Of a stretch of DNA of 64,000 bases, positions 30,813 to 39,833 are shown one piece after another. Under the pieces are notes generated by a model, which worked only from the letters and a program-made list of their open reading frames with translations, had not been told where the DNA came from and searched no databases. The position numbers and the translations under genes are program-made. Each line of letters starts with the position of its first letter. The stretch's first letter is position 1. This stretch comes from Opitutales bacterium (GTDB lineage Bacteria; Verrucomicrobiota; Verrucomicrobiia; Opitutales; UBA953): the NCBI GenBank assembly GCA_009691685.1, contig SIAU01000003.1, positions 4,323 to 68,322 on the forward strand. Reading direction: 5' to 3'.

Positions 30813-31210
30813 ACAGGCCAGGCGGTTGAAAAGATAAAGAGATTTAAATAGATAATACTGATGAGTGAGGAGAATGCTAAAGCTACGAGCAGCTCAGGAA
30901 ATTTAATGCTCTCATTTTCACCCGAAGATTGATGATAGGCCTTAAAGGATATCCACGTGGCAACGCATCCTAAGATAAACAGGCAGATGAGTGAGCCCTG
31001 AAAATAATTAAAGAAAAAACTGGTGAGCGTGGGAAGGGTATGGACTTCGCCTTTGATAATATTCGCCAAAATAGGTTGGGACCGAAAGGCGATAACTCCG
31101 ACCGAGGTGGGGAGGGCGGCCGTAAGAAAAACCGATAAGCCAGCTGCAATTTTTTGCTCTTGAGGACTCATAAGTGCATTGTTTAGACCATTTAAATGAA
31201 GGTCAATCAT
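30788..31210 (-). CDS. hypothetical membrane protein
   Basis: 140 aa with four hydrophobic segments. Its 3' end overlaps the convergent upstream gene by 25 nt. Confidence 0.4.
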   Translation of the reverse strand: MIDLHLNGLNNALMSPQEQKIAAGLSVFLTAALPTSVGVIAFRSQPILANIIKGEVHTLPTLTSFFFNYFQGSLICLFILGCVATWISFKAYHQSSGENESIKFPELLVALAFSSLISIIYLNLFIFSTAWPVYNKLTER

Positions 31211-31258
31211 CGGATTCTCCCTCGCAAATCTGCTAAGACGCTACTAGGCTAAAAGGAC

Positions 31259-32347
31259 ATGGAACCTTGGTTGCTCTGGATCATTTTTATTTCACTGAAC
31301 GGTAGTGCTGCACTGCTCTCATTGGTCGCGGGTGTCGTTTCCGCTTTTTCACTGGGTGAAATCGAAGAGTTGCGACGCCACAATGCCAAAGCGGCCATCG
31401 CCTTGGAGCGCTGTCGGGGTGAACAGGGCAATACTCTAGCCGCCTTTGAAGTTCTGATCGCCGCCTTTGTCGGAATGAGTGCACTTTTAGGCGGAATATT
31501 ATTTGGTCCCCAATTAATTGAAATGGCCTCCACGCATTGGGCCTCAGCCGGATTATTTCTCTTCATTATTTTAACTTCATTTTTCATGGCCTGGCTCACT
31601 GTGATGTTGCCCCAAAAATTAGGTACCCACTTTCGCTTAAGTTTAGCACCCAAAATTGCTCCGTCTTTAATGCTCGTTCGTGGTGCGTCTTATATTCTGC
31701 GACGTCTGGGACGCATGCATGATTCCTTGGCGACACCCGAAGAAGCAGGTTTTGATCGCGCCGATGCGGATATTGGAAGTATGGCTCAGGCGGCCGCACG
31801 TGAAGGAAAAATAACTCAGGCCGAAAGCACCCTGGTGGCTAACGCCGTTCGGTTAGACGACATTCCCGTTTCTCAGGTTTTAACTCCGCGTCCGGTCGTC
31901 ACCGCTCTCGAAGCTAATCTTTCGGTGGGCGATGTTTTAAGACTCTATTCCAATGTACCGCATGGTCGGATGCCGGTTTGGGATGTTAATCCCGATCGTA
32001 TTGTGGGCGTGGTTCGTCGTCGCGATATTTTAAAAGCAGCGGGCGATGGCAAAAGAGAAATTAAAATTAAAGAACTAATGGCACGCGCTCATATTGTGCC
32101 CGAGAATGCTACACTTTCTGATGCTTTGCATGATTTAGTACGCGCGCACCAACACTTAGCCGTAGTCGTGGACGAGTTTGGTGCATTCGCAGGTGTTATT
32201 ACCCTCGAAGATATTTTTGAATCATTACTCGGTTTAGAAATTTACGAGAAAGACGATCCACACCCCGACATGAGAGAGTTAGCCCGTCTGCGTGGTCACC
32301 GTTTCAGTCGCCGACCTAGTTCTGACGGTTCAACTCCCAAGGCCTAA
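31259..32347 (+). CDS. CNNM/DUF21 plus tandem-CBS transporter-like protein (HlyC/CorC family, no CorC C-terminal domain)
   Basis: N-terminal four-TM DUF21-like region followed by a CBS pair (VLTPRPVV ... ENATLSDALHDLVRAHQHLAVVVDEFGAFAGVITLEDIFE). Confidence 0.75.
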   Translation: MEPWLLWIIFISLNGSAALLSLVAGVVSAFSLGEIEELRRHNAKAAIALERCRGEQGNTLAAFEVLIAAFVGMSALLGGILFGPQLIEMASTHWASAGLFLFIILTSFFMAWLTVMLPQKLGTHFRLSLAPKIAPSLMLVRGASYILRRLGRMHDSLATPEEAGFDRADADIGSMAQAAAREGKITQAESTLVANAVRLDDIPVSQVLTPRPVVTALEANLSVGDVLRLYSNVPHGRMPVWDVNPDRIVGVVRRRDILKAAGDGKREIKIKELMARAHIVPENATLSDALHDLVRAHQHLAVVVDEFGAFAGVITLEDIFESLLGLEIYEKDDPHPDMRELARLRGHRFSRRPSSDGSTPKA

Positions 32348-32351
32348 GACC

Positions 32352-33158
32352 ATGTTTTTAGGCTATTGGGTTCACCAACTAGATCCGGTAGCGATTCACT
32401 TTCCGGATGGATGGTTTCTTAAAGGCATCCATTGGTATGGTCTGTCATATGCGACAGGATTTTTAGTGGCGGCTTTATTATTACACCGCTGGAGGGTGCG
32501 ACAATTAACTCCCCTGCAATCCGCCCAAGATGAATCGAGTTTAATTACGGCGATCATGGTGGGGGTAGTTCTAGGCGGACGCTTGGGACACGTTTTACTC
32601 TACGCTCGCGAAGAATTTTTAGCCGATCCGCTCGTGGTCTTTAGAGTTTGGCAGGGTGGAATGGCAAGCCACGGAGGTTTTTTAGGAATCATCTTAGTAG
32701 CCGCCTGGTTTGCGAAGACCCGTCGCGTTTCATTTTTAAAGATGAGCGATTTATTATGCGCCATGGCTCCAGCAGGAATTTTCTTTGGCCGCATCGCTAA
32801 TTTTATAAATGCCGAACTGGTGGGTCGACCTTCTGATGTTGCGTGGGCGGTTATTTTTCCACGCGAAGGAAATATTCCTCGTCACCCTTCGCAATTATAT
32901 GAGGCCGTCGGCGAAGGTCTGATTCCCTTTTTATGGGTTTATTGGAGATACCCTAAAAAACTTCCTGCCGGACAGCTGGCAGGGGAATTTCTAATTATTT
33001 ACGCGTGTGCTCGAATCATCACCGAAGTGTTTCGTCTTCCCGAGGATGGATTTATTATGGGCTTAACGGCGGGACAATTTTGGACTTTGCCGTTATTAAT
33101 TCTAGGGCTGACTTTGATTTTAATCAGCCGATTTAAATCGAAAGATGTTGCCCGCTGA
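32352..33158 (+). CDS. lgt: prolipoprotein diacylglyceryl transferase
   Basis: Start moved to the ATG at 32352 (MFLGYW). Motifs HWYGLSY, GGRLGH, GGMASHGG, FGRIANFINAELVGRP and HPSQLYE present. Confidence 0.88.
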   Translation: MFLGYWVHQLDPVAIHFPDGWFLKGIHWYGLSYATGFLVAALLLHRWRVRQLTPLQSAQDESSLITAIMVGVVLGGRLGHVLLYAREEFLADPLVVFRVWQGGMASHGGFLGIILVAAWFAKTRRVSFLKMSDLLCAMAPAGIFFGRIANFINAELVGRPSDVAWAVIFPREGNIPRHPSQLYEAVGEGLIPFLWVYWRYPKKLPAGQLAGEFLIIYACARIITEVFRLPEDGFIMGLTAGQFWTLPLLILGLTLILISRFKSKDVAR

Positions 33159-33182
33159 GTGTGACTCAATGAAGAGTTAGTC

Positions 33183-34334
33183 ATGGTAACGGTTCCCTTA
33201 TTAGATCTCGGCCCGCAGAACGAAGCTTTGGCCCCTGCGTATGAGTCGACTTTTAAAGAAGTCATGAAGTCGAACGCCTTTATTATGGGTCCGCGCTTGG
33301 AGGCGTTTGAAAAGTCCTGTGCCGAATTCCTAAAAGTGAAACATGCGCTCGGGGTGTCTTCGGGCACCGACGCTTTACTTTTGCCTCTCATGGCCCTGGG
33401 CATTGGTCCGGGCGACGAAGTCTTGCTCCCGGCATTCACTTTTTTCGCGACCGCTGGATCGGTGGTGCGTCTGGGAGCTACCCCAGTCTGGGTGGATGTG
33501 GAGGCACATACATTTAATATTAATTTAGCGGACGCGGAAAAGAAGGTGGGTCCCAAAACGAAGGCTATCATGCCCGTTTACCTTTTTGGACAGTCCTGCG
33601 ACTTGGTTCGTCTGCGTCAGTTCGCCGACAGTCATAAATTATTTTTAATCGAAGATGCTGCGCAATCGATGGGCGCACGCTGGCAGGGCCACCCGACAAT
33701 GTCGGTGGGAGACTTTGGAGCGACGAGCTTCTTCCCCTCAAAAAATCTCGGTGGATTTGGTGACTCGGGTTTAGTAACCACCCAAGATGACGACTTAGCC
33801 GAGAAGGCCCGTGTTTTGCGGGTGCACGGGATGCAGCCAAAATATTTTCATAAATACGTAGGCGCTAATTTTAGAATGGATCCGTTGCAGGCCGCCCTCT
33901 TGCACGTGAAGTTGCCCCATCTTCCTAAATACAATTGTGCCCGCGCGGGGAACGCCCTCTTTTACCACAAGGCTTTAAGTACCGTTAAAGGGATAGCACT
34001 GAATGGACCGGATTCACCCGGCGACGCCAAAATTCTTTTACCTCAGGATTTTTCCGGTGAAGGCATTTGGAATCAATTTACCCTTCGCGTTTTGAACGGT
34101 AAAAGGGACGCGTTAAAACAATTCTTAACGGAACGAAAAATTGGCTGCGAAATTTATTATCCCGTTCCCTTACACCGCCAAGAATGTTTTAAGGGTATTG
34201 GACGCGGTGCAGATCATGCGCCGGTGGCCGAAAAAATTGCCCAAGAAGTTCTGAGCATTCCAGTTTTTCCAGAACTAGCCGAAAATCAAAGAGCTTGGGT
34301 GGCCGAATCTTTAGCCGCTTTCGTGGCTCAGTAA
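33183..34334 (+). CDS. DegT/DnrJ/EryC1/StrS-family PLP-dependent sugar aminotransferase
   Basis: GVSSGTDAL, LIEDAAQS and SFFPSKNLG (PLP Lys) motifs. Confidence 0.85.
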   Translation: MVTVPLLDLGPQNEALAPAYESTFKEVMKSNAFIMGPRLEAFEKSCAEFLKVKHALGVSSGTDALLLPLMALGIGPGDEVLLPAFTFFATAGSVVRLGATPVWVDVEAHTFNINLADAEKKVGPKTKAIMPVYLFGQSCDLVRLRQFADSHKLFLIEDAAQSMGARWQGHPTMSVGDFGATSFFPSKNLGGFGDSGLVTTQDDDLAEKARVLRVHGMQPKYFHKYVGANFRMDPLQAALLHVKLPHLPKYNCARAGNALFYHKALSTVKGIALNGPDSPGDAKILLPQDFSGEGIWNQFTLRVLNGKRDALKQFLTERKIGCEIYYPVPLHRQECFKGIGRGADHAPVAEKIAQEVLSIPVFPELAENQRAWVAESLAAFVAQ

Positions 34335-34335
34335 A

Positions 34336-34671
34336 TTAGAAGAAGCGAATGGTTTTAGCTCTTTGCTTCGCGTGTTCTTCGTCCGTGCAAGGTGCATTAG
34401 TGGGAACATCGGTTTCAGCACTGACTGGTTTAATGAGACCTTTCTCTAACATATATTTTTCGACTTCATCACCAGAAATATCGGCCAGCATTACGCCGTC
34501 GATTTCGACACAAGGTGAAAGACGTTGGCCGCTGCGCTCAACCATCTCGGCGTAATTAACTGGGTTGTTGATGATATCAACATCGTCGTAGGCCAGTTGA
34601 TATTTTTTAAAGATAGCACGGACGCCGTTAGACCAACCACAACTCGGCTTTAGATACGCTTTGATTTTCAT
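34336..34671 (-). CDS. glutaredoxin-like (thioredoxin-fold) protein
   Basis: MKIKAYLKPSCGWS at the start of helix 1, then PCVEIDG and GDEV, give a thioredoxin-fold pattern. The active site is the monothiol-type CGWS. Confidence 0.5.
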   Translation of the reverse strand: MKIKAYLKPSCGWSNGVRAIFKKYQLAYDDVDIINNPVNYAEMVERSGQRLSPCVEIDGVMLADISGDEVEKYMLEKGLIKPVSAETDVPTNAPCTDEEHAKQRAKTIRFF

Positions 34672-34722
34672 AAACTAGAGTTAAGGCACTCACCGCCAAA
34701 AATCAAGCAAGTCGGCGCCATT

Positions 34723-35475
34723 TTACGAATTAACCTTTTTCTTATTTAGCGTCTTGGCATCATACCAGTAGCCAATGCCATGCAAGGTGCGTAACGAGCC
34801 TAAACCCTCAGCATATTTCTCAAATAAGACTCGGATTTTGGTAATATACTGGTCGACGGAGCGACTGCGGGTATCGGCATGTGCTCCCCAAACGGCGTGA
34901 ATAAGACTATTGCGACTGATGACCACGCCAGGGTTACTCGCGAGATAGTAGATAATCCCCAGTTCCTTTTTCCCTAATTTAGATTTATTTTTTTCATCAA
35001 AAATAATTTCTAAATGGCCAGGATTTATTGCGGCCCCACAAAAGTTAAATTGATCGGTATCGAGATGGATGTTTGCCGCAATCTGCCGATTCTTGCTGCG
35101 ATCACTTCGGCGGAAGACCGCTTTAATCCGTGCAATGATTTCAACATCGGGACAAGTTTTTAAAAAGAACTCATCACAACCCAGATTCAATAGCTCCGCA
35201 ATGTTTTCGGGACTACACTGGGTTTGTGAACAAAAGAGCGCGGCGGGATTCCCGGTTTTTTTTATTTCTTCGACCAATGATTTTGATTTCTCTAACGAGT
35301 GATTCGTTAGGAAAACACCCTGTACATTATTTTTTTCTAAAAACTTTAAGGCGAGAGATTCTTTTTCAAACCCCTGAACTCTGAAGCCCGCACCCTCGAG
35401 CTCTTCACTTAATTTTTTGACATAGAATTCCCCAGAAATAATGAAAATGATGAATGGTTTGTTTTTTCCAACCAC
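34723..35475 (-). CDS. atypical (Asp-less receiver) OmpR/PhoB-family winged-helix regulator
   Basis: The receiver-like N-terminus aligns with OmpR, but IIFIISGE replaces the acidic pair and VFLTNHS replaces the phospho-acceptor Asp segment. The hydroxyl (FCSQ) and Lys (FLKT) positions are kept. C-terminal winged helix: SVDQYITKIRVLF ... LHGIGYWY. GTG start, and no internal Met anywhere in the ORF. Confidence 0.7.
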   Translation of the reverse strand: MVGKNKPFIIFIISGEFYVKKLSEELEGAGFRVQGFEKESLALKFLEKNNVQGVFLTNHSLEKSKSLVEEIKKTGNPAALFCSQTQCSPENIAELLNLGCDEFFLKTCPDVEIIARIKAVFRRSDRSKNRQIAANIHLDTDQFNFCGAAINPGHLEIIFDEKNKSKLGKKELGIIYYLASNPGVVISRNSLIHAVWGAHADTRSRSVDQYITKIRVLFEKYAEGLGSLRTLHGIGYWYDAKTLNKKKVNS

Positions 35476-35487
35476 GCGGAGAGTAAT

Positions 35488-35517
35488 TAAGTAATTTATG
35501 GGGTTATAAATTACTTA
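35488..35517. promoter_or_regulatory. perfect 12-bp inverted repeat with 6-nt spacer (candidate operator)
   Basis: TAAGTAATTTAT-GGGGTT-ATAAATTACTTA lies 13 nt upstream of the GTG start of the atypical regulator, in the divergent intergenic region. Confidence 0.5.
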
Positions 35518-35566
35518 CCTTATTATATGGATTGATTTAATATTTAAGGAAAGGTAAAATATTGAA

Positions 35567-35740
35567 ATGAAAGCAAATGTTACATTGCCGCCGACGTCGC
35601 GAATCAAGATTCTGCTGTTCATTATAATTTTTATTGGAACAGCTGCGTGGGGTGGGTACGTGCTGGCCAAGAATGCTCACCTCAAAGGTGCTAAGCGCTC
35701 GGCCGATCCGATAGAGGACCGTAGTTTGTTCGGCCGGTAG
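35567..35740 (+). CDS. possible small membrane protein (57 aa, below ORF-track cutoff)
   Basis: ATG preceded by AAGGAAAGG. The product is MKANVTLPPTSRIKILLFIIIFIGTAAWGGYVLAKNAHLKGAKRSADPIEDRSLFGR, with one clear TM helix. There is no homology evidence. Confidence 0.3.
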   Translation: MKANVTLPPTSRIKILLFIIIFIGTAAWGGYVLAKNAHLKGAKRSADPIEDRSLFGR

Positions 35741-35779
35741 AGATTGGAGGAACGAAATCTCTCTAAACTTTCAAAATAC

Positions 35780-35807
35780 TTGACCAAGGTGGTCAGGGTC
35801 GTAAGTT
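35780..35807 (+). promoter_or_regulatory. putative sigma70-type promoter for tRNA-Glu
   Basis: TTGACC (35780-35785), a 16-nt spacer, then TAAGTT (35802-35807). The tRNA begins 17 nt downstream. Confidence 0.35.
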
Positions 35808-35823
35808 CCCCATTCCACCGTGT

Positions 35824-35900
35824 GCCCCCTTCGTCTAGCCCGGTCAGGACACCTCGTTTTCACTGAGGTAACTGGGGTTCGAATCCCCAAGGGGGCGCCA
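35824..35900 (+). tRNA. tRNA-Glu (anticodon UUC), CCA encoded
   Basis: GCCCCCTTCGTCTAGCCCGGTCAGGACACCTCGTTTTCACTGAGGTAACTGGGGTTCGAATCCCCAAGGGGGCGCCA. It folds as a cloverleaf with anticodon loop TTTTCAC, T-loop TTCGAAT and discriminator G73. Confidence 0.9.
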
Positions 35901-35921
35901 AGGTGGATAATTTAATAAAAT

Positions 35922-35940
35922 AGCCCAAATGGGGCTTTTT
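35922..35940 (+). terminator. weak rho-independent terminator after tRNA-Glu
   Basis: AGCCC-AAATG-GGGCT followed by TTTT. The stem is only 5 bp. Confidence 0.3.
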
Positions 35941-36032
35941 ATGGAGATAAATTTTTTAAAAGGTGAATTTAGCCATTGCCTAAGTTCAATTTTAAATGAA
36001 AACTCAAACCCTTCCCATTCGGGGCGTAAATA

Positions 36033-36554
36033 ATGATAACACTATCAGTAAAAACGTCCAAAAATCCCATGAAAAAGCCCCATTTTGCCCCGCTTTCAGC
36101 TCAGGAGAAGGAGCTGACGAAGTTTTTTGTAAAAATGGCCGCCATTTTGGGCGTTCAAAGGTCGGTCGCGGAGATCTATGCGCTTTTATACAGCTCACCC
36201 GAAGCCCTGGAATTTGATGTTATTCAGGGACGGCTAGGCATAAGCAAAGGCTCTGTTAGTCAAGGACTTAGGTTTCTTAAGGGCAATGGTATGGTGGAGT
36301 CGATTAAGGTCGCGGGAAGTCGCCGGGAGCGCTGGCAGCCTTCGCCGTCTTTAGCAGCTTCGCTGATGGGTTTATTGCGCAATCAAGTTCTTCCGAGCTT
36401 AGAAGAATCGAAGCCACTACTCCAAAAATTAGTGAAAGAAGCATCAGACCAAAATTTCTCGGCAGAGGTGATTGATCGGCTTACGCGCTTACAGCGCTGG
36501 AACAGTCGAGCACTCGAACTCTCCACCTTTTTACTCCCTCCCCCCGAGGCGTAA
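36033..36554 (+). CDS. GbsR/MarR-family winged-helix transcriptional regulator
   Basis: GVQRSVAEIYALLYSSPEALEFDVIQGRLGISKGSVSQGLRFLKGNGMVESIKVAGSRRERW matches the GbsR (COG1510) pattern G-PR--G-IYGLL ... LG-SKGS-S---R-L. The start may be 36033 or 36069. Confidence 0.65.
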   Translation: MITLSVKTSKNPMKKPHFAPLSAQEKELTKFFVKMAAILGVQRSVAEIYALLYSSPEALEFDVIQGRLGISKGSVSQGLRFLKGNGMVESIKVAGSRRERWQPSPSLAASLMGLLRNQVLPSLEESKPLLQKLVKEASDQNFSAEVIDRLTRLQRWNSRALELSTFLLPPPEA

Positions 36555-36579
36555 TTAAGGCTGATTTTATTAGTAAAAA

Positions 36580-36585
36580 TATAAT
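36580..36585 (+). promoter_or_regulatory. consensus -10 hexamer TATAAT upstream of the glycan operon
   Basis: Perfect TATAAT 66 nt upstream of the ATG at 36651. No convincing -35 element. Confidence 0.3.
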
Positions 36586-36615
36586 ACTAAACGTTCCGGT
36601 TCACCCCCCGGCACG

Positions 36616-36627
36616 CGCGGTAGCCTG
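36616..36627 (+). promoter_or_regulatory. ops/JUMPstart-like element CGCGGTAGCCTG
   Basis: Matches 9 of the 10 fixed positions of GGCGGTAGnnTG. It is on the non-template strand, 24 nt upstream of the first gene of the 27-kb glycan operon. Confidence 0.4.
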
Positions 36628-36650
36628 TAAACTTCTCCCAAAAACACCTC

Positions 36651-37085
36651 ATGAAAATCGCCATCACTAGCGGATATTTTGATCCCATGCACCGTGGACA
36701 TTTAGAATTACTCAATTTATCAAAAGAGCAGGGCGATAAACTTTGGGTGATTGTTAACAACGATGTCCAAGCGGCCTTGAAAAAAGGCAAAGCCTTTATC
36801 GATCAAGATACCCGACTCGCGGTGACGACCGCACTCCGCGTCGTTGACCGAGCTATCCTGGCCATTGATCAAGATGGCTCCGTGTGCGCAACCTTGGAGG
36901 TTTTAATTAAAGAAGCCAAAGCCCAAGGTCACGACGTTGTCTTTTGTAAGGGCGGCGATCGTAACGCCGGGAATATTCCGGAAATGACCGTACTTCAAAA
37001 ATACGGTGCCCACTTAATCGATGGCTTAGGCGCGAAAATTGACAGCAGTTCGCGCATCATCGCTGAGGCCAAAAACAAAATTTAA
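36651..37085 (+). CDS. small cytidylyl/adenylyltransferase-family protein (RfaE domain II / TagD-like)
   Basis: [15 protein letters not shown] (HxGH nucleotidyltransferase motif); 144 aa. Confidence 0.75.
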   Translation: MKIAITSGYFDPMHRGHLELLNLSKEQGDKLWVIVNNDVQAALKKGKAFIDQDTRLAVTTALRVVDRAILAIDQDGSVCATLEVLIKEAKAQGHDVVFCKGGDRNAGNIPEMTVLQKYGAHLIDGLGAKIDSSSRIIAEAKNKI

Positions 37086-37090
37086 AACCA

Positions 37091-38152
37091 ATGAAAAAAC
37101 GCGCACTCATCACCGGTATCACCGGACAAGACGGTTCCTATTTGGCAGAATTATTGCTCTCCAAGGGCTATGAAGTTCACGGCGTTATCCGCCGCTCATC
37201 CAGTTTTAACACCGAGCGCATTGAACACCTCTACATGGAGGACTTGGTTCGCGATATTCATATCAAAAAAATCACCCTGCACTATGGTGATTTAACCGAT
37301 AGCACTAATTTAGTTCGAATTATCGGTGAAGTGCAGCCTGACGAAATTTATAATTTGGGCGCGATGTCCCACGTGAAGGTTTCGTTCGAAGTTCCGGAAT
37401 ACACCGCCGACACGGACGGCGTCGGCACCTTACGATTATTAGAAGCGATCAGAATTCTTAAGTTAGAGAAAAAAGTAAAAATCTATCAGGCTTCCACCTC
37501 CGAACTTTACGGCAAGGTCACCGAAGTACCTCAATCGGAAACGACTCCATTTTATCCACGTAGTCCTTACGGTGTTGCTAAAATCTACGCGTACTGGATT
37601 ACCCGTAATTATCGCGAAGCTTACGGCATGTTTGCGAGCAATGGCATTTTATTTAATCACGAATCTGAACGCCGTGGCGAAACCTTCGTTACCCGCAAAA
37701 TCAGTCTCGCCGTCGCCAACATTGTTTTAGGCCGCCAAGACTGCCTTTATTTAGGAAATCTTTCCGCTCAGCGCGACTGGGGTTACGCTCCCGATTTCGT
37801 TCAATGTATGTGGATGATTTTACAACACCACCAACCCGATGATTTCGTGATCGCGACGGGCAAGATGTATACGGTGAGAGAGTTTTGTAATCTCGCCTTC
37901 AAGCGTGCCGGAATTGAGTTGGAGTGGAAGGGCACCGGCGTGAACGAAAAAGGCATCGATAAGAAAACTAATCGCACCTTGGTCGCCGTGGATGCTAAAT
38001 ATTTTCGCCCCACCGAAGTCGAACAATTATTGGGCGACCCCACCAAGGCCATTCGCGAACTCAAATGGAACCCACAGCAAACTTCTTTTGAGCAATTAGT
38101 AAATCGTATGGTGGATAATGATATTAAGACACTGTCACACAAACACCGCTAA
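37091..38152 (+). CDS. gmd: GDP-mannose 4,6-dehydratase
   Basis: [29 protein letters not shown] and [16 protein letters not shown] motifs. Confidence 0.95.
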   Translation: MKKRALITGITGQDGSYLAELLLSKGYEVHGVIRRSSSFNTERIEHLYMEDLVRDIHIKKITLHYGDLTDSTNLVRIIGEVQPDEIYNLGAMSHVKVSFEVPEYTADTDGVGTLRLLEAIRILKLEKKVKIYQASTSELYGKVTEVPQSETTPFYPRSPYGVAKIYAYWITRNYREAYGMFASNGILFNHESERRGETFVTRKISLAVANIVLGRQDCLYLGNLSAQRDWGYAPDFVQCMWMILQHHQPDDFVIATGKMYTVREFCNLAFKRAGIELEWKGTGVNEKGIDKKTNRTLVAVDAKYFRPTEVEQLLGDPTKAIRELKWNPQQTSFEQLVNRMVDNDIKTLSHKHR

Positions 38153-39094
38153 ATGGATTTGCAGGAAAAAATATACGTAGCTGGACACCGTGGCATGGTC
38201 GGGTCGGCCATTGTGCGTGCCTTAAAAAAAGCCGGCCACACCCAAATCATCGGACGAACGTCGGAAGAGTTGGATTTGCGTGATGGCACCGCCGTTAGAG
38301 AATTCTTTGCTCAGGAAAAACCAGTTTACGTTATTATGGCCGCCGCCCGGGTTGGAGGAATTCATTATAATTCCAACGCCCCTTACGATTTCATCTACGA
38401 TAATTTAATCATGTCGACCAACGTGATTGAAGCGGCGCGACAAACTAAAGTTAAAAAACTATTATTCCTGGGATCGAGTTGTATTTATCCAAAGTTAGCC
38501 CCTCAGCCCATTAAAGAGGATTCACTTTTAACCGGTCCACTCGAAGTCACCAATGAAGCTTATGCCCTCGCAAAAATTGCCGGCATCAAACTCTGCACTT
38601 TCGCCCGCCAACAATACGGATGTGATTTTATTAGCGCGATGCCCTGTAATCTTTACGGCCCAGGCGATAATTTTAGTTTAGAAAACTCTCATGTTCTCCC
38701 CGCCATCATTCGCAAAATGAATGAAGCAAAATTAAAGGGAGACGCCGCCGTGAAATTATGGGGCACAGGTCTACCTTTGCGGGAATTTTTACACGTCGAT
38801 GACTTGGCTCAAGCCTGCCTAATTTTAATGGATAAATATTCCGAGCCGGGCACGATTAATTTGGGTTCAGGGCAAGAGGTTACTATTCAGGCGCTCGCCG
38901 AAATGATTGCGATGGTTGTTGGTTATCACGGTAAGCTAGAATTTGATAAATCAAAGCCCGATGGTACTCCGCGTAAAATTATGGATAATTCCAGAATTCA
39001 AGCGCTAGGTTGGACGCCCAAAACTTCCCTAAAGCAGGGCATCCAAGAAGTTTATCAGTGGTATCTTTGGAATGAATCCACCCTTCGAAAATAA
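38153..39094 (+). CDS. fcl: GDP-L-fucose synthase
   Basis: VAGHRGMVGSAI, GSSCIYPK and YALAKIAG motifs; immediately follows gmd. Confidence 0.9.
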   Translation: MDLQEKIYVAGHRGMVGSAIVRALKKAGHTQIIGRTSEELDLRDGTAVREFFAQEKPVYVIMAAARVGGIHYNSNAPYDFIYDNLIMSTNVIEAARQTKVKKLLFLGSSCIYPKLAPQPIKEDSLLTGPLEVTNEAYALAKIAGIKLCTFARQQYGCDFISAMPCNLYGPGDNFSLENSHVLPAIIRKMNEAKLKGDAAVKLWGTGLPLREFLHVDDLAQACLILMDKYSEPGTINLGSGQEVTIQALAEMIAMVVGYHGKLEFDKSKPDGTPRKIMDNSRIQALGWTPKTSLKQGIQEVYQWYLWNESTLRK

Positions 39095-39098
39095 ATAC

Positions 39099-39830
39099 AT
39101 GGTCACCCTTTGTATTCCCGCCCGTCTTGCCTCTACTCGATTACCGCGTAAAGTTCTTTTGGATTTAGGCGGTAAACCGGTGGTGCAACACGTTTGGGAA
39201 AAAGCCAAACAAGTAAAACAAGCTGAGCGCGTAGTGATTGTCACGGACGCCGAAGAAGTGGCTGAGGTTGCCCGAAAATTTGGTGCCGAGGTATTGATGA
39301 CCTCGCCAGACTGCCCATCGGGCACGGCCAGAATTTCAAGTGTCTTGGATCAGTTACCCGGCGATTTTTTTATCAACGTTCAAGGTGATGAGCCATTTAT
39401 CGAGCCCACACTGCTCGACGATTTAATTACGTGTTGGAAGAAAACCCAGTGTTCCCTGGTCACGGCAGTTTCTAAAATTACTGACTTAGAACGTCTCCAG
39501 TCTCCTAGTGTGGTCAAAGTAGTCCGGGCGGAAAACGGCGAAGCCCTCTATTTTTCTCGCAGCCCCATTCCTTTTCTCCGCGGTAAAGAAATTAAAGATT
39601 GGGTAAATAATTATTCCTATTGGTCGCACATCGGGGTTTATGGATACAATCGCGACGCTTTAGCTCGCTACCCTAAATTATCTGCAACCACCTTAGAGTC
39701 GGTAGAATCTTTAGAACAATTAAGATTTTTAGCGCACGGCTTTAAATTTCAAACTATTGAAACGCATTATCATCCGGTTGCGATTGATACCGCTGAAGAT
39801 TTAGCGGCCGCTCGAAAACTTTTAAAATAA
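39099..39830 (+). CDS. kdsB: 3-deoxy-manno-octulosonate cytidylyltransferase
   Basis: Start moved to the ATG at 39099 (MVTLCIPARLASTRLPRK). NVQGDEPF motif present. Confidence 0.85.
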   Translation: MVTLCIPARLASTRLPRKVLLDLGGKPVVQHVWEKAKQVKQAERVVIVTDAEEVAEVARKFGAEVLMTSPDCPSGTARISSVLDQLPGDFFINVQGDEPFIEPTLLDDLITCWKKTQCSLVTAVSKITDLERLQSPSVVKVVRAENGEALYFSRSPIPFLRGKEIKDWVNNYSYWSHIGVYGYNRDALARYPKLSATTLESVESLEQLRFLAHGFKFQTIETHYHPVAIDTAEDLAAARKLLK

Positions 39831-39833
39831 TTT

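Noticed and set aside
32999-33571. 190-aa minus-strand ORF spanning the lgt/degT junction.
   Set aside because: It lies entirely antisense to two well-supported genes, and its composition is typical of a shadow frame.
36551-36559. The 9-mer GTAATTAAG is shared between the GbsR gene end and the palindrome region (35483-35491).
   Set aside because: A single 9-mer recurrence in 64 kb of AT-rich intergenic sequence is within chance expectation, and one copy simply overlaps a stop codon.
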